DNA from: a virus
Reading direction: 5' to 3' (one strand)
Virus record (IMG/VR): IMGVR_UViG_3300041955_000884
Span: 1 to 64,000 of that record
Length of the DNA stretch: 64,000 nucleotides
The notes beneath the pieces were generated by a model. That model saw only the letters and a program-made list of their open reading frames with translations. It did no database searches and was not told the DNA's origin. Below, in pieces: positions 36,801 through 45,243 of this stretch (within the stretch, counting starts at the first letter, position 1; every line of letters starts with the position of its first letter). A program made the position numbers and the translations under genes.

Positions 36801-39800
36801 TCGATTTCGGCGTATGGCGTCATCCCGCGGGTGTCGACATTCGGGTCGTGGCGGATGGCCTCGTACCATGAACGCAGATACGGCCGGTACTTGTCGCCGA
36901 GCTCGGCCGCCATCGCCTTCGTGTAATCAGCGAAGGCGCGGACGCCGCCCTCGATGTAGTAGCCGGCGAGGTCGATGCCGGCCTGGGCCATCTCGGGGTC
37001 AATGCCGGTGCGCAGCTCGCCGGCCTTCGCGCGGAGAATGGCGCGGGCTCGGTCGGCGCGCTCCCTGGTGTAGATTTTGTTCTTGGCGCCGAAGCCGGCT
37101 TCGGTGGGCTCGGCCTTAGGCGGGGGCGGTCCTTCCGGCGGCTTCGCAACGGCTTCCGGTCTCGCCTCGGTGGGCGGCCGCGGCGGCTCCGTCGTGACCG
37201 GCAGCGGTCCCTTTCCCTGCGCTGGGGCGATGCCGTCGGCGATGTCGCGGGCTTGCGGCGTCTCGGGCGTTGGCGCTGGCCCAGGAAGAGGAGGCGGCGG
37301 CTGCGACTGCCCGGCTTGCTCGGTTACTTCGGTTGGCGTCGACGCTTCCGGTGCTTCGCCGTAACGCCGCAGGAACGTCTCCGCCGCTGCTCTGTCCTTG
37401 AACTGGAAGCCAGGCACGCCGCCCTCGCCGCGCCAGGAGGAGTAGTAGCCGCCGCCTTCCTTCGCGCCTGCGGCGAGTTCCGTGTACCGCTCCCGCGGCA
37501 CCTTCTCGCTCATCGTCACCACGTAGAGCGGGTAACCGCCCTTGGTGTGCGCGGTCTCGACCAGGGCCATGTTGCCGGCGCGTGGCGGGGCCGCTGGGCC
37601 GGGCGTCTCCGGTTCCGGCACCACGCCGGCGGCCGCTTCGGGATGTTTCGCGCGCCACGCCTGCAGGACGGCTTCCTTGGCGTCGGCGTCGCGCCTGCGC
37701 TCGGCCGCGGCTTGGCGCTGGGCCTTCTTGCCGGTCGGCGTCCGCGCCCGCGCTTCAGCCCGGTCATGCTGCGCGGCCTTCGTGCGGTCATAGGCCGCGC
37801 TATCCGCCAGCCGCTTCGCCTCCATCGGGTGGCCAGCGTAGACAGGGTCCGGCACAACCTTCGGCGCTTCGCCGACTTCCGGCTCAAACTTGCTGCCGAT
37901 GGCCGTCTCGCCGCCGTCGGTTCGCACGGTGTAGTGGTAGGACGGCTCAGACCGCTTGCCGCCGAGCATTGCCTGCCAGACGACGCTGGTGGCTTCCTCG
38001 ATAGTGCCGTGGCGGCCAGCGAGGTGTTCCCCTTCCGGGATAACGACGCGCTCGCCCTCCTTGAATATCAGATTGCCGCGGCTGTCCCTGGCGCGTTCTG
38101 GAGCAGCCCCGGCTCGCCCAGCCTCTGCTGCGCCTGCGGGAGCACCTGCTCGCTCTCCTGCGGCAGCGCCAGCGACGGGTTGGCCTGCTCTTTCTTCTCC
38201 AGGGCGTTCGCCAGCCCCAGCGCCACTTGGCCGTGGTCCGCGCTCTGCTGGTAGAGGTCCCGGATGTCCTGCGGGAGCGCCGGGTTGTTCTGCGCCGCCC
38301 TCGCCTGGGCGTACTGGCGCAGTGCTGTTTGCCTGTTGAACCTCATTCGATATGTCCTCTTCGGGGCGTAGGTTGGCTTCGCCGTAGAGCTGGTCGGCGA
38401 TGGCTTGCGGGCGCCCGGCTGGTGCGGTCGGCGCCGCTTCCGCCGCCTCGGCCTCCGTCATGGCGTGCGGTTCGACCGCAACGCCGTTCCTGTGGGTGAT
38501 TTCGACGTCGTTGTGGTCGAATACGACCACGTTGCGGGTCGGTGGCTCGATGGTCAGGTCGGCGCGATGGCGCTCGAGCACTTCGGCGATAGACGGGGCA
38601 TGCTCCCGCGCTTTGGCTACGGCCTCGTCAATGTTGTCCGACGGTGATTGGCGCTGAAGTTCGCGGACGATAGCGCCGAAGTCAGATGCGCCAAGGCCTT
38701 TCTCGGCTGCGGCCGATACGAGCTTCTCGCCCTTCCACTTGACGCGGTCGAAGCTGCCGCGGCTGCCCTGGTCGAGGTAGCGGATGCCTTTGATGCCAGC
38801 GGCGTGGAGAGCTGCGGAAGCCTCGGCCGGCATTGTCGCGGCGGCCAGTCTCTTGTAGACGTTCTCGCCAGTCAGCGACGCAGGGGCGAGCTCGCGGAGG
38901 AACCGGCCGTCGTCATTCTTTTCGAAAATAGGCGAGACCTTGGCGAGCGTCGCAGTGTCTAGTGGGCGGTCCCAGTCCAAGGCCTCGCCGGGGGTGAACT
39001 TGAGGCGAAGGGTAAGAAGATGGCCCTCGGTTTCCTTCGGCTCTTCCCAACCACTGCGGATAAGGTCTGCCGCCGCTGCCCCCGTGCGTTTCACCTCGGC
39101 CACCGTTGCGGCCGCCGCGTGCTCATCGAGGGCGGCAGCGGCCGCAGCGCGGTCCCCGCCGTGGTGCGACATGGCGGTAGCCGCTTGCTGCTCTGCCTCT
39201 GAAAGCGCCCGCGGAGCCGTAAGGTCGAGACGGTACTGGTTTGCGACGCCGGCTTGCTCAGCTGCGTACAGGACACCCCAACCGTACGCTTGGACGCCCT
39301 CGCCGGTCCCGACGTGCCCCGGCTCTACGCGCTCGAAGAAATGCGGCGTCCCGTGGTAGACAATCCAATCGGCAGCCTGTTTCTCGGCTTCCTCGAAGGT
39401 GGCCGCCCTGGCGTCCTCGTGGCTGTCGATCTCGGCGGCGACCTGCTCGGCTGGCAGCCTCTCGACAACCTCGTCGTAGATCTGCTCCGGCGCCTTGTCG
39501 GCGGAGTTTTCTACGCCAGCGGCTTCGCCGACGCGGGCGGCCAGTTTGTTCGCTGGCGGAAGGGCTTCAACGCGCGCCTTGCGCTCGGCGACTTCCTCGG
39601 CTGCTACCGGCTTGCCGCGCGCCAGCAGCTCCTCGGTCTGGATTTCCGCCGCCCGCTTCGCGCCGACGCGCTCCTGGTCCATGATTTGCTGGACGGTGCG
39701 GATAGGGGCCGGTGCGGCGGGAGCGCCGGGCTTTGCTTCCCCCTCGGCTGCGGGCTTCGCCGCTGCTGCCTCGCGAGCGACGGCCTCCGGTTTCGGCGCT

Positions 39801-41788
39801 TCCTCGGCTGGCTTCGGCGCGTAGAGCTGCTCCGTCGCGGCACCAAGCTCGCTGCCGGGGACGCCGGTCACGTACCCATTGCGCTGAAGGTCGCGCTGGC
39901 GGTCCACGGCCTCGGCTGGCGTCATGCGAATCTGGCCACCAGCGCCGCCTTCCTCGGGCGGGATGATGCGGCCGCGGGCTAGAAGCTCGGCCTGCTGCGT
40001 CCGCTTGGCCTTGGCCAGCCCGACGCCGTCTTGCTGCATGATGTCGGCGATGGTGCGGATAGGCTTCGGCTGTGCCGCGGCGGCATCGATGACGGGCTGC
40101 ACGTCCACAGGGCGGCCGTCCATTACCTGGGCGATGCCAGCCTGCATGGCAGCGCCGCGGACGACGGGCGATTGCGGCAGGGCGTCGCGCGCGACTTCCC
40201 CGGGAACCGCGGGCCGTTCAAGCGCGGCGTCCGCTTCCTCCGACGCCCGGAGCAGTGGCGCAATCGCCATGAGTTCGTCGTACTTTTGCGAGGCGTCGCG
40301 GACGCTCAGGTCCTGCTTGCCGGCCCACTTCTGGTCGTAGGCATCCACTGCCGCCCGGTACGCTTGGTATTTGGCGTCGGCGTCAGCCTTCGTTCCCGCT
40401 GGCGGGGGGCCTTCTGGCGGCACGGCGGCCGCCTCGGGCGCGGGTCGCTCGGCTGGCGGCGCTGCGCCACGCCGGATTTGCGTCTCGCTGGTGTAGTACG
40501 GCGTTCCGTCCTCGTTCACCAGCCAGAACCCGCCGCCTTCCGCTTCTTCGACGCGGGCGCCCTTCAGGTCGGCTGCGCGGATGACGCGCTGCGCCTGGGC
40601 TTCGGTGTCGTAGACGCGGCGCACGCGCTCCGGTTCGGCGGCCGCTGCCGTCGGCTCTGCCGGCTGGCGCAGTTCCCGCTCGTCGCGCCAAGCCGCGAAC
40701 TGGTCCTCCGACATCGTGCCGTCTTCGGCGACAAGACCGTCGCGCTTCAGGGCCTCGATTTCGTGCGGGGCGAAGCCGGCCTCGGCGAGGTCAACGGGCA
40801 CGCCAGCCTGCTCGGGGGCCTCGAAGCGGGTGCGCAGTGCGTCCTCACGCTCCGCCGTGAAAGCCGTCTCCGGCACAGCGGCGCGCGTTTCCGGCGAGCC
40901 GGGCGCCGGCGGCATTGGTGCCGGTTCCGGCTCTCCAAGCGGGCGGCCGAGAATTTTGTTGCGCAGCAGCGGCCACGCTTCCTTGACGGCCCCGATGCCA
41001 GCGTGAATCGCGGCGCCAAGAACAGCCTGCTGGAAGACACCATCCAGCGCCTCGCGCATACCGAACTCGTCGCCCTCTTCCTTGGCCATCGCGCCTTGAA
41101 GGGCGACGTAGGGAACGGCTTGGACCGCACCAGTCGCGGCGCCAGCAGCGACGCGGGCGGCGGTGCGAGCGCCAAAGCCAGTCAGGCCAGCGGTAGCAAG
41201 GCGTTCGAGAATGGCTTCCTCGCCGATGCCTGGCACTACGGCGAGCGCCGCATTCGCCGGGTCGAGCAGGCCGACAGCGAGCTCAATGCCCACGCGCTCC
41301 GGCCAGAAGTTGTAGGCCGCCGTGCGTTGGAGGCGGCTGTCAAGCTCGGTCTCGTCCGCCTTCTGCTTGCCAATTACTTGCGCCATGCCGCGGGAAATCG
41401 GCTTGTCAGTGATGGAGATCGGCTTCCCGTCTGGGCCGCGCGGCGCGTATTGGTCGTTCGCTACGTCGGGCGGCAGTTCCTCGGCTTGGTGCGGGTCAGG
41501 CGGCGGCGGCTCGAAATTCGGCGCCCATCCGGCTTCGGTGCCGGGCATCACCTCGCCGCCAAAGCGGCCGCCAGCGGCAGCGACGCCGATGTCGAACGCG
41601 CTGGCGCCGGGCTGCGCACCGCGCTCGGCTGCGCGCCCAAGGATGGATGGCGTCAGGCCGCGAAGCGCTGCCTCGGCAACATTCGCCGCGCCGCCTGCTG
41701 CGCCAGCCGCCGGGATGTTCGCATAGTCCTCCGCAGCCGCACTTTCCGGCGGCTCGTAAGGACCCTGCGGAATCTGCCAGTCAGCCAT
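30893..41788 (-). CDS. giant DarB-like polyvalent virion protein: ART-like domain, N6-adenine methyltransferase, SNF2 helicase
   Basis: YHGTPH...GEGVQAYGWG; KYVGWGG, FEPGMGTGNF, VIGNPPF; LAHAVGAGKT, VDEAHEF, SGTPVTN, QRIGRILRQGN. Confidence 0.9.
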   Translation of the reverse strand: MADWQIPQGPYEPPESAAAEDYANIPAAGAAGGAANVAEAALRGLTPSILGRAAERGAQPGASAFDIGVAAAGGRFGGEVMPGTEAGWAPNFEPPPPDPHQAEELPPDVANDQYAPRGPDGKPISITDKPISRGMAQVIGKQKADETELDSRLQRTAAYNFWPERVGIELAVGLLDPANAALAVVPGIGEEAILERLATAGLTGFGARTAARVAAGAATGAVQAVPYVALQGAMAKEEGDEFGMREALDGVFQQAVLGAAIHAGIGAVKEAWPLLRNKILGRPLGEPEPAPMPPAPGSPETRAAVPETAFTAEREDALRTRFEAPEQAGVPVDLAEAGFAPHEIEALKRDGLVAEDGTMSEDQFAAWRDERELRQPAEPTAAAAEPERVRRVYDTEAQAQRVIRAADLKGARVEEAEGGGFWLVNEDGTPYYTSETQIRRGAAPPAERPAPEAAAVPPEGPPPAGTKADADAKYQAYRAAVDAYDQKWAGKQDLSVRDASQKYDELMAIAPLLRASEEADAALERPAVPGEVARDALPQSPVVRGAAMQAGIAQVMDGRPVDVQPVIDAAAAQPKPIRTIADIMQQDGVGLAKAKRTQQAELLARGRIIPPEEGGAGGQIRMTPAEAVDRQRDLQRNGYVTGVPGSELGAATEQLYAPKPAEEAPKPEAVAREAAAAKPAAEGEAKPGAPAAPAPIRTVQQIMDQERVGAKRAAEIQTEELLARGKPVAAEEVAERKARVEALPPANKLAARVGEAAGVENSADKAPEQIYDEVVERLPAEQVAAEIDSHEDARAATFEEAEKQAADWIVYHGTPHFFERVEPGHVGTGEGVQAYGWGVLYAAEQAGVANQYRLDLTAPRALSEAEQQAATAMSHHGGDRAAAAAALDEHAAAATVAEVKRTGAAAADLIRSGWEEPKETEGHLLTLRLKFTPGEALDWDRPLDTATLAKVSPIFEKNDDGRFLRELAPASLTGENVYKRLAAATMPAEASAALHAAGIKGIRYLDQGSRGSFDRVKWKGEKLVSAAAEKGLGASDFGAIVRELQRQSPSDNIDEAVAKAREHAPSIAEVLERHRADLTIEPPTRNVVVFDHNDVEITHRNGVAVEPHAMTEAEAAEAAPTAPAGRPQAIADQLYGEANLRPEEDISNEVQQANSTAPVRPGEGGAEQPGAPAGHPGPLPAERGPRPSGAGAGERPGEERAGQPVAGAAAGERAGAPAGAAEAGRAGAAPERARDSRGNLIFKEGERVVIPEGEHLAGRHGTIEEATSVVWQAMLGGKRSEPSYHYTVRTDGGETAIGSKFEPEVGEAPKVVPDPVYAGHPMEAKRLADSAAYDRTKAAQHDRAEARARTPTGKKAQRQAAAERRRDADAKEAVLQAWRAKHPEAAAGVVPEPETPGPAAPPRAGNMALVETAHTKGGYPLYVVTMSEKVPRERYTELAAGAKEGGGYYSSWRGEGGVPGFQFKDRAAAETFLRRYGEAPEASTPTEVTEQAGQSQPPPPLPGPAPTPETPQARDIADGIAPAQGKGPLPVTTEPPRPPTEARPEAVAKPPEGPPPPKAEPTEAGFGAKNKIYTRERADRARAILRAKAGELRTGIDPEMAQAGIDLAGYYIEGGVRAFADYTKAMAAELGDKYRPYLRSWYEAIRHDPNVDTRGMTPYAEIEAIPFAPEGAEHPEPLNEYEAQRLYNAHYGTAILEDISQRIADGETPAEIADSYVGGTFTEPEIVALADELERDGKIPAPTEPEEEEEGGLQANLPLGAEGERPETVPGAAPGGEAGPARPEGVPGGERPAGGPPEEQPAGQPRQPQPQRRARGGGGGAGALPRIPDAGEGPEPGAAGRSADANVTGANWQIGPGSLEEARGPKLKANDNLAAIELAKRLTEENRPATKAEQAILAKYVGWGGLKGAFEDNQGNFGKGFEDIGARLKGLLSDEEYRTAAQSTQYAHYTSETVVRRMWDAVRRMGFKGGLVFEPGMGTGNFIGMMPADIAEKSQYQGIERDHITAQIAKLLYPESGVREADYIKTPMPEGQFDLVIGNPPFSDTVVHGDPKYAARGFTLHNYFFAKSLDSVRPGGLLGFITSHYTMDAVSDDARRYLAERAEFVGGIRLNSDAFMRNARTPVTTDILFFQKRPEGRIEVPEGQEPPWMGVVSRGLAGKTAPMVEGNVSRYFSEHPENVLGEESFQGKMQPRDDYTVSPRPGSDLDADLASAVERLPEGIMTEPPSPEERAKLDFASGQKKDGSFYIGPDGKLMQYEGGAGREVPKHGVTGGMSAGDREKVQHLIPIRDALPDVFQADLARDDARGAEARKRLSAHYDSFVAQHGPINLTTLTNRKPTLTQIEEARLEAREDARSIDDYWNDGDFDPSEMLLAKAKVSAIAKARDDARQAAIAAGRKFNEGSFDPDDVPDIIDARYPNVRAFMSDPESYRLRSIENYDLATGAHSKKPIFERSILKFDEEPELKSAQDGVLWSYNKLGRFDLDAIAEKMGRDRASLVGDLGDSIFKVPNKGDTYQTKDEYLSGDVTTKLEEARAAAETDPEVRRNISALEAALPPPVPPPLVDMIVGMPWIPKETVEEFARDHLDLGDVHVARSKTTGTWFVGGEGKTAGAAKWGTPDRTALQLLSDAMNRTPPRIYQWEGSGSDRRQVFDEVATQAAADKIKAIAGYMEDGIRFQGEFEKWVHSDQDRADQMAKIYNDALNRSVLRQFDGSYLTTPGISSTWKWFSHQLRAVARVVQAGNTYLAHAVGAGKTAEMIGAAMEMRRLGLIRKALFAVPNHMLAQFTKEFYEQYPTAKIAVADEQRFHTSRRKQFVANVAQDDLDAIIMTHSSFGKIPISDEFQEHLIREQLAQLEQALGELQGPDARFARGRVENQKEKLEQRLARKGDGTQDQTLTFEELGADFLFVDEAHEFRKLTFATKQSGVKGITPEGSNKAWDLYTKVRYLDSQRPGRSVVFASGTPVTNTMGELYSLSRYMQPQALAARGLSHFDSWAQAFGDTKTGLEENAAGGYKPQTRFGQFVNMPELYKMVGETMDIVTPSELEQYVTRPAVKGGSRQLHMAPRTPILDDYQARLADRMDAIEARKGPPEKGMDILLSVINDGRHAAIDPRFVEQAQSDPRSKLNMMVQNVARIYHATGDVQFYDPRSGYKEPSFRGPATQMIFANLGVNGRGPANFSGYQWIREALRREGVPAQHIAFIGDYGTALARQNLFNDMNDGKVRILIGSTQKMGTGVNAQRRLIAIHNQDPLWYPADDEQRIGRILRQGNHNPEVEIHDYTTKGTYDSAMWGMMGKKGRFIEQFFRGDPNLRHMEDVGEASMYEQASAMATTDERIMAFTELRQAYDREKRREGAHNQEQYSLRTKLAYHRDNADYQERSAASISRDIANRQETKGDQFSMLVGGEKLEKRADAAIALDKFIDEHIKPMGDKGAPITLGRIGGFALRGDKSGWKGTTNYWLSLDSGNRPLHADTGDGLIKSAEANLRGLENDKAYAERQRAEHLQAAENIRPLIGQRFDTTKLQELRRQVDAMQAMFEAEAEARKASKIVAGIGAHQAAVDRARGIVHEGEEGGEAARPVDPEMEEAERRIAAAGEIDPEDRAAIAQATQAEHEAQQRAQAIDEAAKCLRGGE
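36142..36537 (-). CDS. nested out-of-frame ORF, TnpV-like small helical protein
   Basis: GAGGAAGAAGAGG before GTG 36537; YLLALREKDPRLYRELRRAGKLDQH...AEEVV resembles the TnpV pattern; host frame here is a low-complexity linker. Confidence 0.6.
   Translation of the reverse strand: MDFKLTYLLALREKDPRLYRELRRAGKLDQHAQRVCLEANDLLEGLLRSSPRDSHGNLNPNAEHAAEEVVRAHFLEFPTPERDQNPEPPDDLPTPTSPEPTGKSAPARSKKPVARSSKPTTTLPPSSSPSA
38068..38346 (-). CDS. nested out-of-frame ORF, helical hypothetical protein
   Basis: GAGGA RBS before ATG 38346; L/Q/A-rich protein-like sequence over a linker of the giant gene. Confidence 0.5.
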   Translation of the reverse strand: MRFNRQTALRQYAQARAAQNNPALPQDIRDLYQQSADHGQVALGLANALEKKEQANPSLALPQESEQVLPQAQQRLGEPGLLQNAPGTAAAI

Positions 41789-44607
41789 TAGGTAGTTCCC
41801 GGTCCGGCCTGCGCGGCTGTGGGTGCCGCCGCAGGAGCGGGGCCGGCGGCGTTGAACGGCACCGCAACCGGGTTGCCCTTCGGGTCACGCACCACGCGGC
41901 CGCCGCTGTCCAGCAGCCACAGCGCGTCGGCCTTCGGCGATGTAATCCACGTCGGGTTCGCCTGCAGGTTGGCGATGTAGTCGGAGGCGGCCGGCGCAGT
42001 CGGGTTGAGCCGGCGCGCCTCGGGCGTCTCCTCGGTGCGGAATTCCGGCGGGACGGCAATCGTCGTCGGCGACAGGTTCGTCAGCATCTGTCCAGCATTG
42101 CCCATCACGGCGTCATACTTGTCCGCAGGCACGCGGGCACCCCCGTTCGCGATGAAGCGGAATTTGCTGGTGAAAGCCTCAACGGCGTGCGTGCCGGGCG
42201 CAGCGTCGTTGTTATAGTACTTCAGGCCATAGGCCAACGTCTCCACGGCGCTCCGCATGGACTCCACCTGCGCTAGCGTCGCTCCGCTCCCTCGCCACGA
42301 AGCCTCGAGTTGCTTCATGCCGTCAGCGCCGCGAACATCGTCCCGGATCTCAGCCGCGACGGGTCTGCCGCCCACAGGCTTCGGGAAGATGTCGTCCCAC
42401 GCCTTGCCGCTTTTCTGCTGCTCGCCAGCGGCACGGGCCAGGACAGCGGCCATCTTCGGGTCGTCAAGTGCCACGACGCCCTGGTACTCCGCTGGCAGCT
42501 TGCCCAGCGTCACCATGTCGCCGAAGACATGCGTCCAGGCGTCGCCCCATTGCTTCTCAAGGCCGTCGAGCGTGGCTTTGGCGTCGCCACCGGGCTGCAT
42601 CACCTGCTGGGTGAATGTGTCGGCCTGGGCCTTTGTCAGGACGTGCTGCGCCTCGGGGCGCACGCCGAGATGCTCCTGGATGGCGAGCTGCGTCCTGGCG
42701 TATTGGTCGAAGCTCGCCGGGTTCTTCGGGTCCATCACCTTCGCTGCGGCGGCCACGGTCGGCTCGCCGAGCGTGTAGCTCGCCGGGTCCTGGCGAAGCT
42801 GCTCCTGCCGGGCCTGGATAAGCTGGATGGCGCGGGCCGCGATTTGCGTCCGCATGCCGAACAGCTCCGCCGGCTCCGTCACGCCGGGCTGCCCAGGCTC
42901 AGCGGTCGTCACCGTGCCGCCCGTCGCCTTCCCGAGCCGGGCGCGAATAGTGTCCGAAATCGTCCCGCTGCCCGTCGTCAAGTCCGTCACCGCTTCGCCC
43001 AACTGCTCAGGGCTGGCGTACTTCAGGCCGCTCAGGATGGTGCCGGCCGCCTGCGAAACGCCGAGCGTCGCGATGTAGCGGTCGGCCACGTCCGGCGGGA
43101 ACACGGCTCGGATGCGGTCCTCGGGGATGGTGATCTGCACGCCGGCCTCGGCCGCCTTTGACAGGTCGCCGAACTGCTTCTCAAGGTTCGTGCGTTCGGT
43201 CGCCGTCGCCATCTCGATACGGCTGCGGGTCTGCGCAAGCTTCGACAGCGTGATCGTGCGAAGCTCCGGGTCGCCAGCAGTGCGATTCAGTACGTCCTGC
43301 TCGAGCTTCGACCAATCCGGCATGTGCCAGCCGGATGGCGCGGCTTGGCCCTCGCCGCCGCCCCCAACGCGGCGCAGCACGTCACCGACATAGCTGGACG
43401 TGGACTTCCCGGTTGGGTCCTTGAGGTCCTGCTTCCACGGCGTCGGGCTGCCGGCTGGGGCCACATTGTCTGGGCCCGAGAAGTAAGCTACGGCCACGCG
43501 CGCCGGGTCGCCATCGTAGCGCTTCGTATAGTCGGCGGCAATGCGGGCGCCAACGATGGCGTTGTCCGTCGGGTCGTCGATGCGCTCGCCGGGCTTCGCA
43601 TATTGCTGGAACGTCGCCGGCTGGATTTGGTGGCCGCCGGTTGCTCCGGTGACGCTCGTCCGCGCCGTCGCCGCGCCGCCGCTCTCCTGGCTCCACAGCG
43701 CCTTGTCCATCTGGTCGGCGGACACCGGAGGGCCGGTCCAGGTCGTGCCGCCCTCTGTGTAGCCGAGGCCCCGCATGGATTGGCCGAGGGCGGCATCGCC
43801 CTCGGCATCCTTCACTGCGGGATGCAGCATTCGCGCGATGGCGTCCGCCGAATTGGCGTCGAGCTGGCCGCGAACGCTATTGTAGAGCGTCAGAGCGGCC
43901 TGCGCGCCCCCGCCTTGCGCTTCCGGTGCCAGCATTTTCGCTTGGATGATCTGTGACCAATATTTGCCGAGCTCGGCAGAGACATCAGCCTGGGCCTCCT
44001 CGGTTGTCTTGTTCAACCGGAGCGCGTTCATCTCGGCGTGGGCACGCACCTGTAGAGCGTTCTTAGCGAGAAGCACGCCGTCATTCTGCATGAATACGGA
44101 TTGGTCGGTGATGTTCTTGTTCGCCGCAGTGTTGGTCTCAATATATGAGCGGTCGAGTTCGGTCGCCGCATGAACGCTGGCGCTCGTCTCGATACGCTGC
44201 CGCAGGAAGCGGGCGTTCTGCATGTAGGCGTTCTGCGTCGCGATGCCGCCGCCGATTTGTTTCGCGCCCGCGTCGATGGTGTCCTGCACGTCCTTGATGA
44301 ACGGGTCGTATCCCTCGTGGGCGGCTTGGCCCTTCAGCGACAGGTAGGCAGCGTACTTCTTGTCGATGGCGGGCCCGACTTGGTTGAACAGCACGCTCTG
44401 CAGGTTGCGGGTGTTGATGTCGTCCTGCATCTGCACGGCGACTTGCGCCAGTTTCCCGCCGGCTTGCTCCTCCGCGCCTCCGAGCTTCTCCTCTGCGGCG
44501 CCAATGCCGCCACCGAACATCGCCGGAGTGACGTTCTCCGAGATGTAGGGCGTCCCCTGGGTAGTCGGGGCAACGTCCGGGACGGGCGTGTACGGCGGCC
44601 GAGCCAC
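41788..44607 (-). CDS. internal virion protein with lytic transglycosylase domain
   Basis: ALWSQESGG...GATGGHQIQPATF...AYFSGP. Confidence 0.85.
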   Translation of the reverse strand: MARPPYTPVPDVAPTTQGTPYISENVTPAMFGGGIGAAEEKLGGAEEQAGGKLAQVAVQMQDDINTRNLQSVLFNQVGPAIDKKYAAYLSLKGQAAHEGYDPFIKDVQDTIDAGAKQIGGGIATQNAYMQNARFLRQRIETSASVHAATELDRSYIETNTAANKNITDQSVFMQNDGVLLAKNALQVRAHAEMNALRLNKTTEEAQADVSAELGKYWSQIIQAKMLAPEAQGGGAQAALTLYNSVRGQLDANSADAIARMLHPAVKDAEGDAALGQSMRGLGYTEGGTTWTGPPVSADQMDKALWSQESGGAATARTSVTGATGGHQIQPATFQQYAKPGERIDDPTDNAIVGARIAADYTKRYDGDPARVAVAYFSGPDNVAPAGSPTPWKQDLKDPTGKSTSSYVGDVLRRVGGGGEGQAAPSGWHMPDWSKLEQDVLNRTAGDPELRTITLSKLAQTRSRIEMATATERTNLEKQFGDLSKAAEAGVQITIPEDRIRAVFPPDVADRYIATLGVSQAAGTILSGLKYASPEQLGEAVTDLTTGSGTISDTIRARLGKATGGTVTTAEPGQPGVTEPAELFGMRTQIAARAIQLIQARQEQLRQDPASYTLGEPTVAAAAKVMDPKNPASFDQYARTQLAIQEHLGVRPEAQHVLTKAQADTFTQQVMQPGGDAKATLDGLEKQWGDAWTHVFGDMVTLGKLPAEYQGVVALDDPKMAAVLARAAGEQQKSGKAWDDIFPKPVGGRPVAAEIRDDVRGADGMKQLEASWRGSGATLAQVESMRSAVETLAYGLKYYNNDAAPGTHAVEAFTSKFRFIANGGARVPADKYDAVMGNAGQMLTNLSPTTIAVPPEFRTEETPEARRLNPTAPAASDYIANLQANPTWITSPKADALWLLDSGGRVVRDPKGNPVAVPFNAAGPAPAAAPTAAQAGPGTT

Positions 44608-45243
44608 TTACGGTGCGCCCATGATTCCAGCGCCGGAGAAGTCCTGCGCCGGACCGCCGTTAACACGTTGCCATTGGGCGTACTGAGAGCTGACGCCGGC
44701 CGCACCACTCAAGAGCGATGCCGCAGCACCAAGTGCGCCGGTCGTCGGCGCCTGTGCCGCCTCGGCCTCGTACGCCTGCTGCTGCCCGGTGAACTGAAGC
44801 TGCTGCGTCTGGTAGCCGTAGGCGGTTTTTGCCGCGTTGCTTCGGATAGTCAGCGCGTTGAGTTCACCCAGCTCGGCAGCGCTGGAACGCACATCGAGGG
44901 CCGACCCGGTGTTCACGTCGATGTTGCTGGCCGCCTGGGCGGCCTTGATGGCACCGACTTGCCCTTTCGTCTTCAAGCCAGCTTGCTCGACTTGCGCTTC
45001 CCCAGCGGCTCCCGCAAGAGCCGCGTTCTGGCTCGCGAGCGTAGCGTTCTGGGCCGCCACCTGGGCTTGGTAGCTGGCCATCGCGCCAGTGGCTGCTGCG
45101 GAGCGTTCAGCGCCGATGGCGCCGGTGACGCCGCCAAGCGCGGAGGCTGCCATTCCGACGTCAGCGAGAATGCTGGTCGCGCCAATACCGGAGCCGGCGG
45201 CCGACGCTGCGGCAAGAGCAGCGGGAATGCTAGCTGTGGCCAA
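44608..45243 (-). CDS. small Ala/Gly-rich ejection protein (T7 gp14-like position)
   Basis: GGGAGG RBS plus TTG 45243; AQAASNIDVNTGSALDV motif. Confidence 0.75.
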   Translation of the reverse strand: MATASIPAALAAASAAGSGIGATSILADVGMAASALGGVTGAIGAERSAAATGAMASYQAQVAAQNATLASQNAALAGAAGEAQVEQAGLKTKGQVGAIKAAQAASNIDVNTGSALDVRSSAAELGELNALTIRSNAAKTAYGYQTQQLQFTGQQQAYEAEAAQAPTTGALGAAASLLSGAAGVSSQYAQWQRVNGGPAQDFSGAGIMGAP

